A stretch of DNA of 64,000 nucleotides from Fidelibacterota bacterium. GTDB lineage: Bacteria; Fidelibacterota; Marinisomatia; Marinisomatales; TCS55. The stretch covers positions 95,910 to 159,909 of the forward strand of contig JBHHTW010000001.1 in NCBI GenBank assembly GCA_046861385.1, in the 5' to 3' direction. The notes below the pieces were generated by a model. It was not told the origin of the DNA and did no database searches. It saw only the letters and a program-made list of their open reading frames with translations. This document shows, one piece after another, positions 61,556-64,000 of the stretch (the stretch's first letter is position 1; every line of letters begins with the position of its first letter). Both the position numbers and the translations under genes were made by a program.

Positions 61556-62609
61556 GATCAAATCCAATATTCTTATCATTATATTTTTCCACCTCCATTT
61601 TTGGGGGTGTTCTTTTTTTCAAACTGCAACATATCCAAATCCGATTCTGATTGAAGATAATGAACAAGTATATATCCGTTATGAATTTGCCGAAAAACGA
61701 ATTCTTGGAACAGTTGAAACAGAATATACTCAACCGGAAGCATTTATTTTCGCTGTTTTCCATAGAGGGAATCTGGATGCTCCCATCGTTCAGAAGATGT
61801 TTTTTCCGGGAGACACGCTCGAAATAATGGTTGCTGAAAACCATTTAAATGCTGCTCCCAAAGGAAACCTGGCTGTTTTGAAAACCATCGGAGGAGATTT
61901 TCAGCAAGAAGAAATTGCCTTTTCCTTCTCTAAAAATGATAAAATTGAATTGCCACCATTCCAATTGCATGCGGTTCCGTATTATTATGAAAAACAAACC
62001 ATTCAACGTGCTGACGGTTTTTCATATTCTGTCCCCATTGACAGTGAGGAAATTATGTTTGCCAGGATGATTGAAGGACAGCAAGTAGCAAAATATCCCA
62101 AACGAGGAGAAGAACGACGTATAATTACTTCATCAGACTCCATTTACATTAAGTCAATTCCAAGTGCATCAAATGTTATAGTAGATATTTACAGTACACC
62201 GAATGAAGCTGAACTGGTTATCGATGGAAATATTCTGGGTAAAACACCAATAGAAAATTTTGATCTGGCAGTAGGGTTGCATTCATTCAAGATGGTGAAG
62301 AAAGACTATGCACCGTTAGAGAAGAAATTGGATATCCAACCATCCAAGAAAGCAAAAATAGAATTTCGGTTGAATAGACTGAACATCATCCATTTTAAAT
62401 CGAATGAAGATGGGCTGAAGTATATATTAAACGAAGAACATGAATGGTGGAATAAACGTATTAAGCTGCAGGTAGAGTCCGGAAAACATACATTGAATGT
62501 GTACAGCAGGGGTCATTTGGTTGATGAAAAAGTTCTGAATATCAATTGGAATGAACGCCTGAAATATTTTCTACCAGATACCTTTGCAGTGGAGAAGGAT
62601 TCATCCTAA
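61548..62609 (+). CDS. PEGA-domain lipoprotein (GTG start probable)
   Basis: Lipobox-like FWGC; PEGA motif STPNEAELVIDG..LGKTP....L..GLH...K.DY. Confidence 0.8.
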   Translation: MNKIKSNILIIIFFHLHFWGCSFFQTATYPNPILIEDNEQVYIRYEFAEKRILGTVETEYTQPEAFIFAVFHRGNLDAPIVQKMFFPGDTLEIMVAENHLNAAPKGNLAVLKTIGGDFQQEEIAFSFSKNDKIELPPFQLHAVPYYYEKQTIQRADGFSYSVPIDSEEIMFARMIEGQQVAKYPKRGEERRIITSSDSIYIKSIPSASNVIVDIYSTPNEAELVIDGNILGKTPIENFDLAVGLHSFKMVKKDYAPLEKKLDIQPSKKAKIEFRLNRLNIIHFKSNEDGLKYILNEEHEWWNKRIKLQVESGKHTLNVYSRGHLVDEKVLNINWNERLKYFLPDTFAVEKDSS

Positions 62610-62656
62610 TTTCATGCCCCAACAATTTACACTAACACTCATTAATCGAGGAAAGA

Positions 62657-64000
62657 ATGGCCCATTTATCAAACGTAAACTACAGTACAGATTCAATAGA
62701 CAGCATAAAAGCAGATGCAATTTCCATTGGCATATTTGAAGACGGTTCTCTAACAGCTCGAGGAAAAGCGGTTGATTTTTTACTCAATGGGCAAATTTCC
62801 AAAGCATTTAATCGCAAAAATATCAAAGGGAAAGATGGCGATATTAATATTTTCTATTCTGACCATGCTCCAACCGTTGCAATCGGATTGGGAAATTCAA
62901 AGAAATTCAACACAGAATCTATTCGTAAAGCAGGTGGGGGATTGGCCAAAAAATGTATTGAAGAAAAATATAAGCACGTCGTTTGCGAAGATTTTGGAGA
63001 TAAAAACAGCGCTGAGTTTAGCCAAGCACTGGCTGAAGGATTGGTTTTAGGCAGTTATCAGTTCAATGATTATTTAACCAAAAAGAAGGATGAACTGTTT
63101 GAGCTTGAAAAAGTAACTGTATCCGGCGGATCTAAAGCGGGGTTGGAGAAAGGGACGATTATTGCAAAAGGTGTCTGTTTTGCCCGTGATTTGGGTAATC
63201 ACCCTGGAAATGTATCTACACCGACACGATTAGCCGATGAAGCTAAAAAGATCGGTCGTAAAGGAAAAATGAAGGTCACCGTCTTTGATCGGGAAAAATT
63301 TACCGAAATGGGTATGGGTGGATTGGCCGGTGTTTCCGCAGGAACGGATGAGCCGCCAAAATTTATCCTTATGGAATATTGGGGTACGAAAAAATCTATC
63401 AAACCAAAAGTATTAGTCGGGAAAGGTCTGACATTTGATTCTGGTGGTATTTCACTAAAACCGCCGGCAAAAATGGATGAAATGAAATTTGACATGTGCG
63501 GTTCGGCTGTAGTATTAGGTTGCATGCAATCAATTGCAGAATCGAAACCAAAAATGAATGTCGTTGCAGCAATATCGTCCACAGAAAATATGAGTGGATC
63601 AAAAGCGTATAAACCGGGTGATATTCTTACTGCCTACAATGGGAAAACTATCGAAGTGCTGAATACTGATGCTGAAGGCAGACTCATCCTTGCGGATGCT
63701 TTGAGTTATGTAAGTAAGCATTTTGATCCTGAATATATTTTTGATTTTGCCACATTGACCGGTGCAGTGGTTGTCGCCCTGGGACATATCGCCACTGGAA
63801 TTATGGGCACCGATGAAAAACTCATTAAAAAGGTGAAAAATTCCTCCGAAACGACTGGCGAGAAAGTCTGGGAATTTCCTCTTTGGGACGAATATTGCAA
63901 ACAAGTGGAATCAAAAATTGCCGATGTAAAAAACATTGGCGCTCCCATGCAGGCCGGAACCATTGCTGCCGGTGCTTTCCTAAAGGAATTTGTTGGTGAA
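62657..64000 (+). CDS. pepA: Leucyl aminopeptidase (M17), runs off the window end; not in ORF track
   Basis: GAGG RBS and ATG 62657; VGKGLTFDSGG, MKFDMCG, NTDAEGRL.LAD, DFATLTGA. Confidence 0.96.
   Translation, partial: MAHLSNVNYSTDSIDSIKADAISIGIFEDGSLTARGKAVDFLLNGQISKAFNRKNIKGKDGDINIFYSDHAPTVAIGLGNSKKFNTESIRKAGGGLAKKCIEEKYKHVVCEDFGDKNSAEFSQALAEGLVLGSYQFNDYLTKKKDELFELEKVTVSGGSKAGLEKGTIIAKGVCFARDLGNHPGNVSTPTRLADEAKKIGRKGKMKVTVFDREKFTEMGMGGLAGVSAGTDEPPKFILMEYWGTKKSIKPKVLVGKGLTFDSGGISLKPPAKMDEMKFDMCGSAVVLGCMQSIAESKPKMNVVAAISSTENMSGSKAYKPGDILTAYNGKTIEVLNTDAEGRLILADALSYVSKHFDPEYIFDFATLTGAVVVALGHIATGIMGTDEKLIKKVKNSSETTGEKVWEFPLWDEYCKQVESKIADVKNIGAPMQAGTIAAGAFLKEFVGE

Noticed and set aside
1310-63963. 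Numerous short antisense or alternative-frame ORFs in the track (e.g. 1310-1636, 4243-4659, 13878-14231, 46598-46960, 62772-63050, 63199-63963)
   Set aside because: They overlap well-supported genes (including pepA) and show no recognisable motifs; treated as shadow ORFs.

Overview
AT-rich bacterial chromosome segment. Gene content (Por/FlgD-tailed secreted proteins, split PntA, NamZ-like hydrolase, C69 peptidase) suggests an FCB-superphylum heterotroph, plausibly Marinimicrobia; this is an inference, not a database result. 1-18.7 kb holds the 3' end of rpoC and a contiguous str-S10-spc-alpha ribosomal superoperon (no adk; rpmJ was missed by the ORF track). 18.7-64 kb is mixed housekeeping and accessory: hutU/hutI, pntAB, msrA, glutaredoxin, alaS, a DinG-exonuclease fusion, transporters, secreted peptidases and a pepA that runs off the window. 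Most notable: (i) a dispersed isoprenoid-lipid set made of a phytol-kinase/DUF92 fusion, a divergent methyltransferase, and an operon of a degenerate UbiA-like protein, a ferredoxin and an archaeal-type geranylgeranyl reductase; (ii) three different one-gene mini-elements, each bracketed by its own repeats (four-helix-bundle gene with inverted 7-mer-periodic arrays, DUF559 nuclease with REP-like palindromes, Y1 transposase with mirrored hairpins), plus orphan palindromes, some nested or inside coding sequence; (iii) an L5 with a Lys-rich N-terminal extension, an unusual S12 substitution and a compositionally odd tuf. No CRISPR, tRNA or rRNA was seen.
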